A stretch of 43,207 nt of DNA from a virus (taxonomy: Duplodnaviria; Caudoviricetes), in the IMG/VR virus record IMGVR_UViG_3300017700_000313, positions 1 through 43,207 of that record; one strand, 5' to 3'. The number at the start of each line of letters is the position of its first letter. Position 1 is the stretch's first letter. Below the pieces are notes generated by a model. The model ran no database searches, was not told the origin of the DNA, and was given only the letters and a program-made list of their open reading frames with translations. The translations under genes and the position numbers were made by a program. Below are positions 23,880 through 34,258 of this stretch, piece after piece.

Positions 23880-26800
23880 TTACTCTTGCGGAACTTCCTG
23901 CTGCGGAGACAGCGCCTGACTGCGGTAGTCTTCAATCAAGTCGCCACCCATGATTGATTGCAGCTTGCGACTGTATGGATTGCCCATCTTGTTTGCCATC
24001 TGATTCACAATGCTGACGTTGGCATCACGACTCCAGCGTTGCATGGCTTGAGAGAAGTTCTCAATGCGTCCACCACTGCGAGTGTATCGCAGCATGAAGT
24101 CATCCAGCTCATCAGAAGTTGGCAGCTCATTGTTGTAGAGCTTGGTCTTGACAACTTCACCCAGCCGCTCAATCCTGCTGCGGTCCATAGCTTCGTAAGC
24201 TTTGTTGCGATACAGTGCATTCAGTGCCACTGCTTCGTTCATTGGCCGCGCTCCCATCAAGCGAGTCACACCTTCCATGCTGACAGTTCGCTCAGCCAAA
24301 GCACCAAGCATTGTGGTAGCTTGATAGTCGTTGGCAGCAGATACCAGCGCACCTTTGTTGTCAGTTGCTTGTCCTGCCAGCAGCTGTGCAAAGCCTGCAA
24401 GTGGACGGTTCCAACCTTGGTGTTCCAGTCCTTGCAGCATGGCATCGCTAACATCAGCACCGCCCAGAACGTTCTTGCCAGTATCAAGCAAGCTAGTCAC
24501 CAACTTGATGGAAGCACTGACAGCTGGCACATCAGCAATGGCAGTTGGCAAGATCAGCGCATGGCGAGGGTTAATGTCACCGCGCGTGAAGAATGCTGGC
24601 GCCGAGCCTGCGAACAGTGGGAAAGCAGAAGCTGTTCCGTAGAGCATCCAGTCACCGAGTTCTTTGTTGAATGCTGGCAAGACGCTGTACGCATCTTTGT
24701 GCTCAGGATTCTCTGCCACCATCTTGCCAAGCAAGTAAGTGTTGGTAGCATCAAAGAACGGCAGACCGTTCATTCCGAAGATGGAGCCTTGCAGTCCTGC
24801 GAAGATGGCAAGGGTTCGCTTGTCTCCTCGTTCCATGTGGCGGTGGAGTTGCTGGAGTACGTTGAAGGCGTAGGTTTGGAACAAGCTGACAGCTGCTCCC
24901 GTGGTACCTTGGAAGATAACAGGGCGTTGGCTCGTGACATAGTTTCCCTGAACACGATTGACGAAGGTTGAGATATAGGCATCTTGTTCCTTGAATGTCA
25001 TCTTGCCGGCAGACACCAGCGGTTCAGAAAGCTGGCGCATAACGTCAGCACTGATGAAGCGAGTGAAGTCTTCAGAGAACGTGTTGCCACTGATGCGTGC
25101 AGCAATCTCAACTGCCTTGTCTGCATTCTCAGCGAACTTGCTCATTGGCAACCGAGGATCATAGCTTGCCATATCAAGCAAGTCATGGTACATGGCGCTC
25201 ACATCTTTCATGGCACCCATGTCTTTGTACCGGCCAATCAACGCACCTTTGTCAGCGCCAAAGAAGTTGCCGATAGCATCACCAATCAGCTTGGTAGTAG
25301 ATGGCACGCGCACCTGACCATTGCTGCCCGGCAGCGACAGCGTTGTCAGTTCACGAAGCTTGCCAGCCAGTGCATCATCTTTGCCGATGAGCTGCTTGAT
25401 GCTGGCCATCTCAGTGCCAAGCAAGATTGGCGTACTGATGATGTTCACCAAGCTGTTGGCAAAGTCAAACCGCAGCATGGTTGTAGCCAATGCCATGTTG
25501 ACTTTCTGGAAAGTTTGCTTGATGAGGTTCTTCGGGAACTTCTCGTTGGCTGACAGATACTGCTGTTCGTTCTGGTACATGCGACCCAGACCTTTAGCTT
25601 CCATCATCTTGTTAGCTTCTTCCCAGGTGATGAGGCCAGCTTTGGCATCACGGAAGCCACGATTCACTGCATCGCCAGCAGCCAAGCCAACCTTGTCCAC
25701 GAATTCATTCAACGAATCCAGCAGTGGGAACTCTTGCTGCTTGCTGATGTTCAGTGCTGTCTTGATGTAGTCGCCGAATGGGTCAGCAACCTTGCTCTTG
25801 AAACGGCTGCCAATACCACGAGCAACAGACTCATCTACCTTGCGGTACTGAGCAGACAGCAGCTGCATCTCACTGAAGAACTCACGCGACTGAGTCTGCA
25901 CAGCATCACGCACCAGCTTCTCTTCTTGCCGGTTGTGCCATTGCAGCCAGTCTTCGTTGACGTTCTCGAAGCGAGTTTCTGGGAACACGTCAGCCAACTT
26001 ACCACGACGTGCCAGCTCACTGTTCACGCCAGATTCATTCAGCGTAGACTGGTAGTCGTACTCGCCTTTGATCTTGAAGTAGTTGTCAGTGTCAGCTTTG
26101 AAGAACACATCAAAGTCATCACCAAGCGAGTTGGTCAGCTCACGCAGCTGCTCAGCATTCTTGGCTGTCACCATGCCAACGTCAGTACTCAGTCCAAGCT
26201 TTTCCTTGGTGCGGACAAACGCGTGATGTGGGTAGCGTACTGTGTTAATCGGAGGTGCGTAGACAACTGGCTCGTCTGGGATGCGACGTACCAATCCGTT
26301 GGCGTTGAACAACGTGGTGAAGCGAGCCTGACGATTGTGATTGATCTTGGCACTCGTGTCGAGGAAGTCGCGAGCAGCAGTTGTGCGAAGCTGAATGCTA
26401 GCTGGGCTCTTGACATCGGTAGTGAACTCCAACAGTGCGTCATCAACAGAAATCTTCCGCTTCCTTGCCAGCTTCATGACTTCTTCTGCAATCATGCGAG
26501 TTGGGTCTTCTGGATCAAACACGTAACGATGCTGACTCTTGCGCAGCATGGTAGTGACAATGCCAAGCTCAGCAGCTGCGGCAGGATCAGTACGCATTGC
26601 ATTGATGGAAGGAGCCAGCGTCATCATCGTAGCATCGACACGCTTCTGCGTGACAAGTGCAACTGACTTGCCAGTGTTCTGTACCCACAGCTTTGCACGC
26701 TCACCGTAGCCAGCATTGGCTGCACCAAACAGCGTGGCACCAGCTCCCTCCACAGATGAGTCCATGGACAGCAGGCTGTCAGCAGCTGCAAACTGGCGAG

Positions 26801-28973
26801 CATCTTCGCCGAGAACTTGCACAGCCGCAGTCTCGTTGATTGCACGACGCACAGTACGCTGATACTCCTTAGTGAGCTCTTGCGTCACAAGATGTGCAGG
26901 TCCCATGTTCATGCGGTAAGCTTCTTCAGGAAGCATACGTGGCGTGATGCCGAAATCCCAGGTAGCTTGCACAGTGCGTGGATTCAGGGAAGCAGCAGTA
27001 TCCAAAGCACGGCCAGCCTGCTGAGCAGACTGAGTAGGACGGTTGAATCCATTCTCAATCATGCTTTCCACGAATGCGTAGTCAGTGTTCAGCTGAGCAG
27101 CAAGCACGCGGGAATCTGGCACAGAGCCCATAGCTTCTGTCCAGTTTGCGAACTGTGCTTCTGCCCATTCAAGGCGGCGCTCTTCCAGCAGCTGACGCAG
27201 ATTGACAACGTCATCCCATTCAACTTCCTCAGCACCATCCATGAGCTTGAGAGTGCGCAGCTGATCTTCCTTCAACAAGCCAGCTTCTTGCAACTCAACA
27301 ATGCGAGTCAGTACGGGGAAGTCGTTGGTATCCACAGTGCTGCCAATGGACTTCTTCAGCATTGCTGCATCCATCTGCGATACCCAGGCCCACCGCGCGG
27401 AAGCTTCCAAAGGAGAGTCGGCTAGCGTTGCCGTCTTACTTTTAACCTGTGAATAGCGCTTGCCATTAATGTAGACTGCATCTTCTTGAATTGCCAGCTT
27501 GCCCTTTTGCAGGATATCACCGACAACGGCTGCTGTTTCATTGGTGAGTGATCCAGTCTCCAGGTCGATAAGTTGCTTGATCTGCACTGGATTCTCCCGC
27601 ACACGAAGCACGCGAGATGACTTGGGGTTGATGCGTACGGTTCCATCTGGCAACTGGATGACGTCAATGTCTGGGTTCTGCTTGAAGATATCCTTGAGCG
27701 TGCTTTGTGGCAAGTCTTCGAAACGTGCGATTGCCAAGTCTTCCTCAGTCACATCGTCTGCCAGACGGAACGGAGTCTTGCTGGTGTTCTTCGTGCGCTT
27801 GGGAGAGAACATGCTGAATGCACGCTCAGCTGGAGTCTCACCTTCAAGGGAGAGATTCAGGTAGAACTTGCGCTTGTCCAAGCCAATCTGTTCCAGATCA
27901 AGCCGGCTGATGTTGTCGAGGTTGGCAAGATAGCCGTTCAACTTCTGCACGATTTCCGTGGGAGCCAAGCCAAGCTCCTTACTTGCAGCCACTGCATTCT
28001 GCAGGAAACCAAAGTAAGCTTGACCGATACGCTCATCACCTTGTGCCAGCTCATTGAACTTCATGGCAAGCTTGTCGTTGCCCATCTGTTCAGCTTCCAT
28101 GCGCACGCGCTTGAAGGCTTCGCCAGTTTCCAACTCAATGGGAACTTTCTTGCCATCGAGCTTGTAGCTGAAGTTGATGTTGTCGAATTGATTTGGCAGC
28201 TTGAGGATGCTCTCTGCCATGATGAGCGCGTCAGTGCCTTTGCTCAGGCCCAAGCGCTGAGTGTCACTGATAACATCGTTGATGCGAGCGCCAGCTTGGA
28301 TTTCTTTCTGCGCAGACTTCAAGATACCTTTGGCCATGATGCTGCTCACAGCACCGCCAATGCCGCCAGACAAGCCAGCACCAAGCATCACGTTCCAGCT
28401 GAAGTCACCGAGACTGTTGTCATCAAAGACTGGTGAGTCGTTCATAGCAGCAACAACGCCAAGCTCAAAGGCAGTGCCCATGATTGCTTGGTCAGCCACT
28501 TCCCAGCCAGTGTACTTCAGGCGGTTCTTGCTGAGGATGCTCTTGATGACACCGCCAGACTGAGCAGTCTCTTGCAGTGCAGCTTCAAGGTATTTCTTCT
28601 TGTTGCTGCTTGCCAAGTTCAGGTACTTGCCGAAGTTGCCAAGAGCATTGCCGCCGCGAGCAACCTGCAAACCTTTGATGCCAAGCGTACCAGGAATCAG
28701 AGACGTGCCAACAAAACCAACAAGGTCCACCGCGCTGGTGTTTTCCTTGTAGTAGTCCCCCATCTCATCACTGCCAAAGCGCCGCACAGCATCTTCAGTT
28801 TGCACCTGATCCTGACCAGTGTAGTCAAGGAAAGTGTTGTAGATGCTCATAGCACCGGAGATAGCCGCAGCTGGAGCTCCTTTGCTGATTGCAGATTGAA
28901 TGCGGCTGAGAGTGCCTGCTTGATAATCAGTCGTGTCAGCTGCCATCGCAGCCGGATGATATTCAAAAGCCAT
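23880..28973 (-). CDS. Large internal virion (ejection) protein, 1697 aa
   Basis: Largest ORF, last of the structural arm, helical with Gly/Ala-rich hydrophobic segments. Assigned by position and size. Confidence 0.7.
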   Translation of the reverse strand: MAFEYHPAAMAADTTDYQAGTLSRIQSAISKGAPAAAISGAMSIYNTFLDYTGQDQVQTEDAVRRFGSDEMGDYYKENTSAVDLVGFVGTSLIPGTLGIKGLQVARGGNALGNFGKYLNLASSNKKKYLEAALQETAQSGGVIKSILSKNRLKYTGWEVADQAIMGTAFELGVVAAMNDSPVFDDNSLGDFSWNVMLGAGLSGGIGGAVSSIMAKGILKSAQKEIQAGARINDVISDTQRLGLSKGTDALIMAESILKLPNQFDNINFSYKLDGKKVPIELETGEAFKRVRMEAEQMGNDKLAMKFNELAQGDERIGQAYFGFLQNAVAASKELGLAPTEIVQKLNGYLANLDNISRLDLEQIGLDKRKFYLNLSLEGETPAERAFSMFSPKRTKNTSKTPFRLADDVTEEDLAIARFEDLPQSTLKDIFKQNPDIDVIQLPDGTVRINPKSSRVLRVRENPVQIKQLIDLETGSLTNETAAVVGDILQKGKLAIQEDAVYINGKRYSQVKSKTATLADSPLEASARWAWVSQMDAAMLKKSIGSTVDTNDFPVLTRIVELQEAGLLKEDQLRTLKLMDGAEEVEWDDVVNLRQLLEERRLEWAEAQFANWTEAMGSVPDSRVLAAQLNTDYAFVESMIENGFNRPTQSAQQAGRALDTAASLNPRTVQATWDFGITPRMLPEEAYRMNMGPAHLVTQELTKEYQRTVRRAINETAAVQVLGEDARQFAAADSLLSMDSSVEGAGATLFGAANAGYGERAKLWVQNTGKSVALVTQKRVDATMMTLAPSINAMRTDPAAAAELGIVTTMLRKSQHRYVFDPEDPTRMIAEEVMKLARKRKISVDDALLEFTTDVKSPASIQLRTTAARDFLDTSAKINHNRQARFTTLFNANGLVRRIPDEPVVYAPPINTVRYPHHAFVRTKEKLGLSTDVGMVTAKNAEQLRELTNSLGDDFDVFFKADTDNYFKIKGEYDYQSTLNESGVNSELARRGKLADVFPETRFENVNEDWLQWHNRQEEKLVRDAVQTQSREFFSEMQLLSAQYRKVDESVARGIGSRFKSKVADPFGDYIKTALNISKQQEFPLLDSLNEFVDKVGLAAGDAVNRGFRDAKAGLITWEEANKMMEAKGLGRMYQNEQQYLSANEKFPKNLIKQTFQKVNMALATTMLRFDFANSLVNIISTPILLGTEMASIKQLIGKDDALAGKLRELTTLSLPGSNGQVRVPSTTKLIGDAIGNFFGADKGALIGRYKDMGAMKDVSAMYHDLLDMASYDPRLPMSKFAENADKAVEIAARISGNTFSEDFTRFISADVMRQLSEPLVSAGKMTFKEQDAYISTFVNRVQGNYVTSQRPVIFQGTTGAAVSLFQTYAFNVLQQLHRHMERGDKRTLAIFAGLQGSIFGMNGLPFFDATNTYLLGKMVAENPEHKDAYSVLPAFNKELGDWMLYGTASAFPLFAGSAPAFFTRGDINPRHALILPTAIADVPAVSASIKLVTSLLDTGKNVLGGADVSDAMLQGLEHQGWNRPLAGFAQLLAGQATDNKGALVSAANDYQATTMLGALAERTVSMEGVTRLMGARPMNEAVALNALYRNKAYEAMDRSRIERLGEVVKTKLYNNELPTSDELDDFMLRYTRSGGRIENFSQAMQRWSRDANVSIVNQMANKMGNPYSRKLQSIMGGDLIEDYRSQALSPQQEVPQE

Positions 28974-28996
28974 GGTATCTTTCTAGTTGTTAACAG

Positions 28997-30784
28997 TTAC
29001 TGGGGCGGGGTAGCAGTGGGGCGGGGAGTGAACAAGTCGCTGGCAGTAACGCCACGGCCACCAAAGGATGAGCCAACGCCCAAGCCAACAGCGCCAACAC
29101 GTTGCTCACGAACCATCTTGGCAAGGTTCAGTTTCACGTCAGCTGGATTCATCAAGTCCATCTTGTATGGATTGCCGAACGTGGTGACAGGTGGCAGACT
29201 GACAATGGTAGACGTCTGCTGTGGCAAGCCAAGCTGCGTGTAGTTGAACATCTGCAAGTTCTTTGCAGCAGCAACTTGGTGCAAGCGAACAAGGTCACGA
29301 GTTGCAACGTCCAATGGCAACTTGCCACTTGCAACCTGAGCAACCAGCGAGCCAACCAAGTTCTGCATGTCTTTGCCACGCAGGTTGTTGTCAGTTGGGC
29401 CAAGCTGTTGACGCAGTGTGTTGACAGTTGCCAGTGCCACGTTGCCATCCAGCTCAGGCAGTTTGCCACCAGCTTGTTGATCTGCAAGCACAAGGTACTG
29501 TGGCTTGTATGGATTGAACACGCCATTGCCATCCCACTTGCTGGAGCTCAGGCTGTTGGGAGCAGTGTACTGGCCCATGGAACTGGCAAGTTCAAACTCG
29601 TAAGCAACGCCAGCTTCCTTGGCAACGTCAGTGTTCTTGGGCAGACGGCCAGCGCCAATCTCACGAGTCACAACGTCTGCGTAACTGCGCAAGCCATTGG
29701 CCATATACTCAATGCCTTTGCCCATGCCGGGGTTGGTTTGTACGATGGCACCAAGCTGACCAGAGTTGCGCACAGTCTTGAGAGCTTCTGGCAAGTTCTC
29801 GCCAAACTGCCCAGACATGGCAACGCTGACCAAGTTGTCTTGCTTGGCTTTGTCAAGCAACTTGATGCTGAGAACTGTGAACGGCTCCTTGTAGCCAAGT
29901 GCGTAGCTTGCAGCAGCAAGTCGCTCATTGAGCACAGCTTCCATTTCATCCTTCTGCTTGGCATCCTTGAGACGCAGGCTTGCAGCTTCACGACGATCAG
30001 CCGCAGCAGCAGCCGCAGCTTCACGTTGCAGTTTCCACTGCTCAAGCTGAATGCCTTTGTTCAGCAGATCAGATTGAATCTGGAACTTGTCATTGCCAAG
30101 GCGGTACATGTCAAGACTGCGTGCGCCAATCTTGCTGATGTTGTCAGCTGTTGCCTGACGAAGTTCAATGTTCGCAGCACGCGTGGCATTCTCAGCTTTC
30201 GCCTTGTTGATGCCAAGCATGGTATCGGCAGAGTTCACAGCGATCAAGCTGTCCTTCTGGCGGATCATCTCAGCACGAGCAGCAATGTTCCGGCTGGCAG
30301 CATCACGGCGTGCGATCACTTCAGTTTCCTGATTCAGGATGCTGTTGTGTTTTGCTGCCACCGTTGGCAATGCGAGCTGAGCAAACAGGTACTCAACTGG
30401 ATTGTCCAGCAAGTTCACACCTGCCATGCCTTCTGCCTGACGCATCAATCCAGCACGCTGCTGTTCAAGCGTGGTGCGAGTGCGCTCAGCTTCATCGTAA
30501 GCTGCAACGCTTTGCACGAACTGGTTGTTGGCATCTTCAGGATTCATGCCAGCCACAGCTGTGTAAGCTTCCTTGGCTTTGGCAGTGCGGTAAACAACCT
30601 GAGCTTCTTGGCCAGCTGTTTGTGCCGCAGCTTGAATCACTTGTGCAGCTTCCTGCTCATTCGTGGTCAGCAAGTTCGTGATGCGCTGAGTGTCAGACTC
30701 CATGCGCTGAAGTTGCTGATCGACTTGCCCCATCTGCTGCTGCGAAGCACCAGTGAATTGAGCAAGCAAGTTGTTGATATCCAT
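28997..30784 (-). CDS. Internal virion (ejection) protein, 595 aa, coiled-coil rich
   Basis: Q/A-rich helical sequence; position in the ejection block. Confidence 0.65.
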   Translation of the reverse strand: MDINNLLAQFTGASQQQMGQVDQQLQRMESDTQRITNLLTTNEQEAAQVIQAAAQTAGQEAQVVYRTAKAKEAYTAVAGMNPEDANNQFVQSVAAYDEAERTRTTLEQQRAGLMRQAEGMAGVNLLDNPVEYLFAQLALPTVAAKHNSILNQETEVIARRDAASRNIAARAEMIRQKDSLIAVNSADTMLGINKAKAENATRAANIELRQATADNISKIGARSLDMYRLGNDKFQIQSDLLNKGIQLEQWKLQREAAAAAAADRREAASLRLKDAKQKDEMEAVLNERLAAASYALGYKEPFTVLSIKLLDKAKQDNLVSVAMSGQFGENLPEALKTVRNSGQLGAIVQTNPGMGKGIEYMANGLRSYADVVTREIGAGRLPKNTDVAKEAGVAYEFELASSMGQYTAPNSLSSSKWDGNGVFNPYKPQYLVLADQQAGGKLPELDGNVALATVNTLRQQLGPTDNNLRGKDMQNLVGSLVAQVASGKLPLDVATRDLVRLHQVAAAKNLQMFNYTQLGLPQQTSTIVSLPPVTTFGNPYKMDLMNPADVKLNLAKMVREQRVGAVGLGVGSSFGGRGVTASDLFTPRPTATPPQ

Positions 30785-30793
30785 GATTGTTCC

Positions 30794-31708
30794 TTAAGCC
30801 TGCGAAGAACCAGCACCGGAAGCATTGCCGCCGTTGTTACCAGGACCAGGGCCGCCATTGTTGCCAGATGGTGAACCACCACCTCCACGACCGCCACCAA
30901 ATCCAGAGCCCATGCCATTGCTGCCAAATCCAGACGTAGCTCCTGGGCCAGTGCTTGTGTAGCCACCACCAATAGAGCCACCAACAGGACCAGTCGGAGG
31001 ACCAAGTGGAGTGCCGACAATGCTACCAAGCGTACGGTCACCAACACCAGTAGAAGTCACGCCATTTCCTTGGTCGCCAGCATCACTCCAGCCAAACTTG
31101 CCAGCAGCAAAGCTACCAATCGTACCGATGCCAAGCATGCCAGCAATTGCATTGATGGCCCCAATCGCTGGGTTTGCAAGAGACAGCGCGCTGTCAATGC
31201 CAAGACCAATGTTGCCAGTCATGGCTGCACGGCCAAGGCCAATAGCAGCTCCAGGCACACCAGCTACGTTAGCTCCCAAGGTACCAAAAGCACCAAGTGC
31301 ATCGCCTGGACTCATGCCAGCAACGTTGCCAGCAAAGCCGGTAATGCCACCGATAGCAGCAGCATCTGGATTACCAGTAATTGCACCAAGCGCAGAGATA
31401 CCTTTACCAAGCGCAGCAGCAGTTGCAGCTGAATTTGGAGAAGTTCCAGTATTGAAGCCGCCTTGGCTTGTGTTTCCAGACTGGTTGTTTCCTTGGCCAG
31501 TTGCTGTAAAGCTGCCACGGCCAAATGCCTCAGCAACAGAGTTGCCAGCATAAGCATCACCAACAACACCTTGAGTTGTGGTGTCAAAGATCAGCTTTCG
31601 CAGCAGATCAGGATCAGCAACAACTGCTTGTGAGCGAGTGGGATCAACTCGTTCGTACGTAGGAGCTGCGCTGCGGCGTGCACCGCGAGCAATGATTTGT
31701 GTTGCCAT
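30794..31708 (-). CDS. Gly-rich putative ejection/membrane-active virion protein
   Basis: GxxxG glycine-zipper-like core and low-complexity G/S/N tail. Confidence 0.55.
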   Translation of the reverse strand: MATQIIARGARRSAAPTYERVDPTRSQAVVADPDLLRKLIFDTTTQGVVGDAYAGNSVAEAFGRGSFTATGQGNNQSGNTSQGGFNTGTSPNSAATAAALGKGISALGAITGNPDAAAIGGITGFAGNVAGMSPGDALGAFGTLGANVAGVPGAAIGLGRAAMTGNIGLGIDSALSLANPAIGAINAIAGMLGIGTIGSFAAGKFGWSDAGDQGNGVTSTGVGDRTLGSIVGTPLGPPTGPVGGSIGGGYTSTGPGATSGFGSNGMGSGFGGGRGGGGSPSGNNGGPGPGNNGGNASGAGSSQA

Positions 31709-31719
31709 TATGCTTCCTA

Positions 31720-32670
31720 TTAGTACCAGCTGCCAGGATCAATGTAGCCAGGATCAAAGTCACCGCCGCCAATCAAGAACTGATCGAACTCAGGACCAAG
31801 TCCCCCACCAAAGCCACCACTGCCGATATTGCCAGGCAGATAAGCATCACCTGCCACGTTGCCGCCACCAAGATCAAATGGCAGCGCTCCGAAATCACGC
31901 CCACCAGTTCCAGGCATGAAGGCATCACCAGCTACAGGATTGCTGCCACCAGTGAGGAAAGGAGCCAAAGAATCCAGGAAAGCTGAGTTGTCCACACTTG
32001 TGATTGCGCCGTTGGAGCTCATAGCACCAGGCATGGTTGCATCACCATAGCCAGACATGATTGCGGCAGCAGGCATTGCAGGCCCCGCACTTGTCACTGG
32101 GCTGGTTGTGCCTGCTGTACGGTTGCCACCAAGTCCAAACTTGCGACCAAGTTCATCAAGGTCTTTGGCACCAGTTGCCATCTTTGCAGCTTGGATCAAG
32201 CCAAGAACACCAGCCAACTGCGGAGCAGCACCTTTAGTTGACTGCGTTTGCGTGGTGCCTTTGGTTGCTTGAGCAATGGAGCTACCAGCAGTTGCTTGCA
32301 GTTGCTGATTCTGGAGCTGCTGATCTGCCACCTGCTTCTGACCTGCCAGTGTGGTTTGCTGCAACAGCTGGCTGAGAGCAGCTTGCACTGCACTGTTGTT
32401 GCCAGAGCGTGCGCCAACTGCATTGCTGAACGCAGCCTGCAATCCAGGAATCTGACCGCCAGCTTGCTGAAAGATTGCCTCCAGCGTCTTGCTGTAGTCA
32501 GCACCTTGCAACTGGCCAATCAACTGCTGGAGTGCAGTCGTGTCGCCAGAATTGCTGGTTGTTGTTTGCTTGGTGCCAAACAATGCCGGCAACAGTTCCA
32601 TGAGCTGAGCAAGTTGGTCACCGCCAGCTGCAATTGGTTGACCTGAAGTTGGGGTGCGGGAAGTTGCCAT
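31720..32670 (-). CDS. Putative ejection protein (Q/T-rich N-terminal half, Gly-rich repeats)
   Basis: AAGGA RBS before MATSRTPT; composition typical of small pilot proteins. Confidence 0.55.
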   Translation of the reverse strand: MATSRTPTSGQPIAAGGDQLAQLMELLPALFGTKQTTTSNSGDTTALQQLIGQLQGADYSKTLEAIFQQAGGQIPGLQAAFSNAVGARSGNNSAVQAALSQLLQQTTLAGQKQVADQQLQNQQLQATAGSSIAQATKGTTQTQSTKGAAPQLAGVLGLIQAAKMATGAKDLDELGRKFGLGGNRTAGTTSPVTSAGPAMPAAAIMSGYGDATMPGAMSSNGAITSVDNSAFLDSLAPFLTGGSNPVAGDAFMPGTGGRDFGALPFDLGGGNVAGDAYLPGNIGSGGFGGGLGPEFDQFLIGGGDFDPGYIDPGSWY

Positions 32671-32737
32671 GACTGTTCCTTGACTGAAGATTACAAACAG
32701 TATAGCAGCCGAAGCTGCTAACCTGAACATCCTATTC

Positions 32738-33304
32738 TCACTTCTTCTTGCGCATCAGCAAAGCTGAATCGAAGCCCTTGCCAATCTCACGCAAGCCAGC
32801 GTATGCCCACGGGAGCGTGAGAAACAAGCCAAGCACGAACTCGTCAACTTCTCGCTGATGGTAGACTTGGTAACCAGCATAGGCAATGGAAGCGATCAGC
32901 GACAGCCAGCTTTGCAACGGACGCGTGCGGCGCACAACAATATCTTCTGCGTTGTCACCGCTGCGAATGGTCAGCTGCGTCTGCTCATGAGATGCCTGTG
33001 CATCCTGCATCTTCAGTTCTTCCATCGCTTGGATGTGCGCACGAATGCTGGCTTCTTCCTGAATCGCCAACTCACGCAACTTGATGACAGTTGCAGGATC
33101 AGTTTGCAGTTGCTGAAGCGCCTTGGTTGCATCGTTCGTGCCAGTCGCGCTGCTAACAAGAGCAACGCCGGCAGCCACAGCACCTGGTACATTGCCAGTC
33201 AGCAAGCTGCCAACAAGAGCAGCCCCAGTTCCAGCGTTTCCTTTGAGCCAGTTGCCAACTTTAGCCCAGCCGCTGGTATCAGCCAGCACAGTTTCTTCGC
33301 TCAT
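32738..33304 (-). CDS. Holin (3TM, GTA-holin-like)
   Basis: Gly/Ala hydrophobic N-terminus, coiled coil, then RRTRP...TM...TM...AGLREIGK; overlaps the endolysin stop. Confidence 0.72.
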   Translation of the reverse strand: MSEETVLADTSGWAKVGNWLKGNAGTGAALVGSLLTGNVPGAVAAGVALVSSATGTNDATKALQQLQTDPATVIKLRELAIQEEASIRAHIQAMEELKMQDAQASHEQTQLTIRSGDNAEDIVVRRTRPLQSWLSLIASIAYAGYQVYHQREVDEFVLGLFLTLPWAYAGLREIGKGFDSALLMRKKK

Positions 33305-33699
33305 GGGTACACCTTACGGTTGAGTTCAAAATGGGGACCATCCTTGAAAGTTGTCCAGTCACCTCCCCAGATGATGCTGACGCCAAGCTCACCAGCAGCT
33401 ACTTTCATGGCAGCAGCAATGCGGTGATACAGCGGCCAATCCCAGCGAACTTCGCCACGGTTGGCAGATGTGTTGACCCAAGCAGCAAGATCAACTGCAT
33501 GGCCAGTGAGATGCCGGCTGTTCATGGTTGTACTGGCACCCGCGTTGAACAGTTGCTGCTGACGAACCTTGGTGCGCAGCCCTTCAGTCACCATGAAATC
33601 AACATCAGTGATTTCAATGGCACGTTGCACGACTTTCACCAGATCAGGATGAACACCTTGCAAGTTCTTGAGACTGCGAGCAGAGAGATTGAATGCCAT
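33301..33699 (-). CDS. Endolysin, peptidase M15 (T5-type L-Ala-D-Glu peptidase)
   Basis: LQGVHPDL, EGLRT, SRHLTGHAVD, WGGDW, DGPHFEL. Confidence 0.93.
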   Translation of the reverse strand: MAFNLSARSLKNLQGVHPDLVKVVQRAIEITDVDFMVTEGLRTKVRQQQLFNAGASTTMNSRHLTGHAVDLAAWVNTSANRGEVRWDWPLYHRIAAAMKVAAGELGVSIIWGGDWTTFKDGPHFELNRKVYP

Positions 33700-34256
33700 T
33701 AGGCACCTCCAGGGATGATGTTGAGAAAGAAACCAGCACTACCAAGACCAACGCCAACGATCTGGATCAAGCTGCCGGGAGCAGTTGGAATAACAAGCTG
33801 CACGTTGCCAGCTGTACTCAGGAAATAACGAGCACCAAAGGTTGTACCGCCGATGCCCGCTGACCTGCCATTCATAAGAATGACTTCGCCATAGCCACCA
33901 GCAGGAATGCCATCAGGTACATCAACGATTGCATGAGCTGGTAGAGTAGCACCAGTTGCATCTGCCAGCCGTGCTTCTACTCTGCCGCTGACAAGGTGCA
34001 GATTCACCAGCTTACCAAACGTCAGAGCAACAGATGCTCGTACGAACACCTTGTTGTAGCGCTGGCTGAGCACCTTGCTGAACTGATCTGCCAGTGCCAT
34101 CTCAGCAGTATCGTACGTGACAGTGCCAGTAGCTGCTGACACCTGTTGGGTGAGAGCAGCAATAGCACGATACAGAGGAATGACAAGAGCAAAGTCTTTG
34201 TCACTCAGGCCAGCTGGCTGAGATGGCAGGCCAGACTGTAAGTCAAAGCGTGGCAT
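33699..34256 (-). CDS. Putative structural (tail/needle or fibre-like) protein
   Basis: N-terminal helix followed by a beta-rich domain; directly after the nozzle gene. Confidence 0.5.
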   Translation of the reverse strand: MPRFDLQSGLPSQPAGLSDKDFALVIPLYRAIAALTQQVSAATGTVTYDTAEMALADQFSKVLSQRYNKVFVRASVALTFGKLVNLHLVSGRVEARLADATGATLPAHAIVDVPDGIPAGGYGEVILMNGRSAGIGGTTFGARYFLSTAGNVQLVIPTAPGSLIQIVGVGLGSAGFFLNIIPGGA

Positions 34257-34258
34257 GT

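Noticed and set aside
29102-30874. 590-aa antisense ORF, and similar ones at 740..1534, 23958..24971, 25734..26666 and 40344..41339
   Set aside because: Same codon-bias shadow effect opposite well-supported genes.
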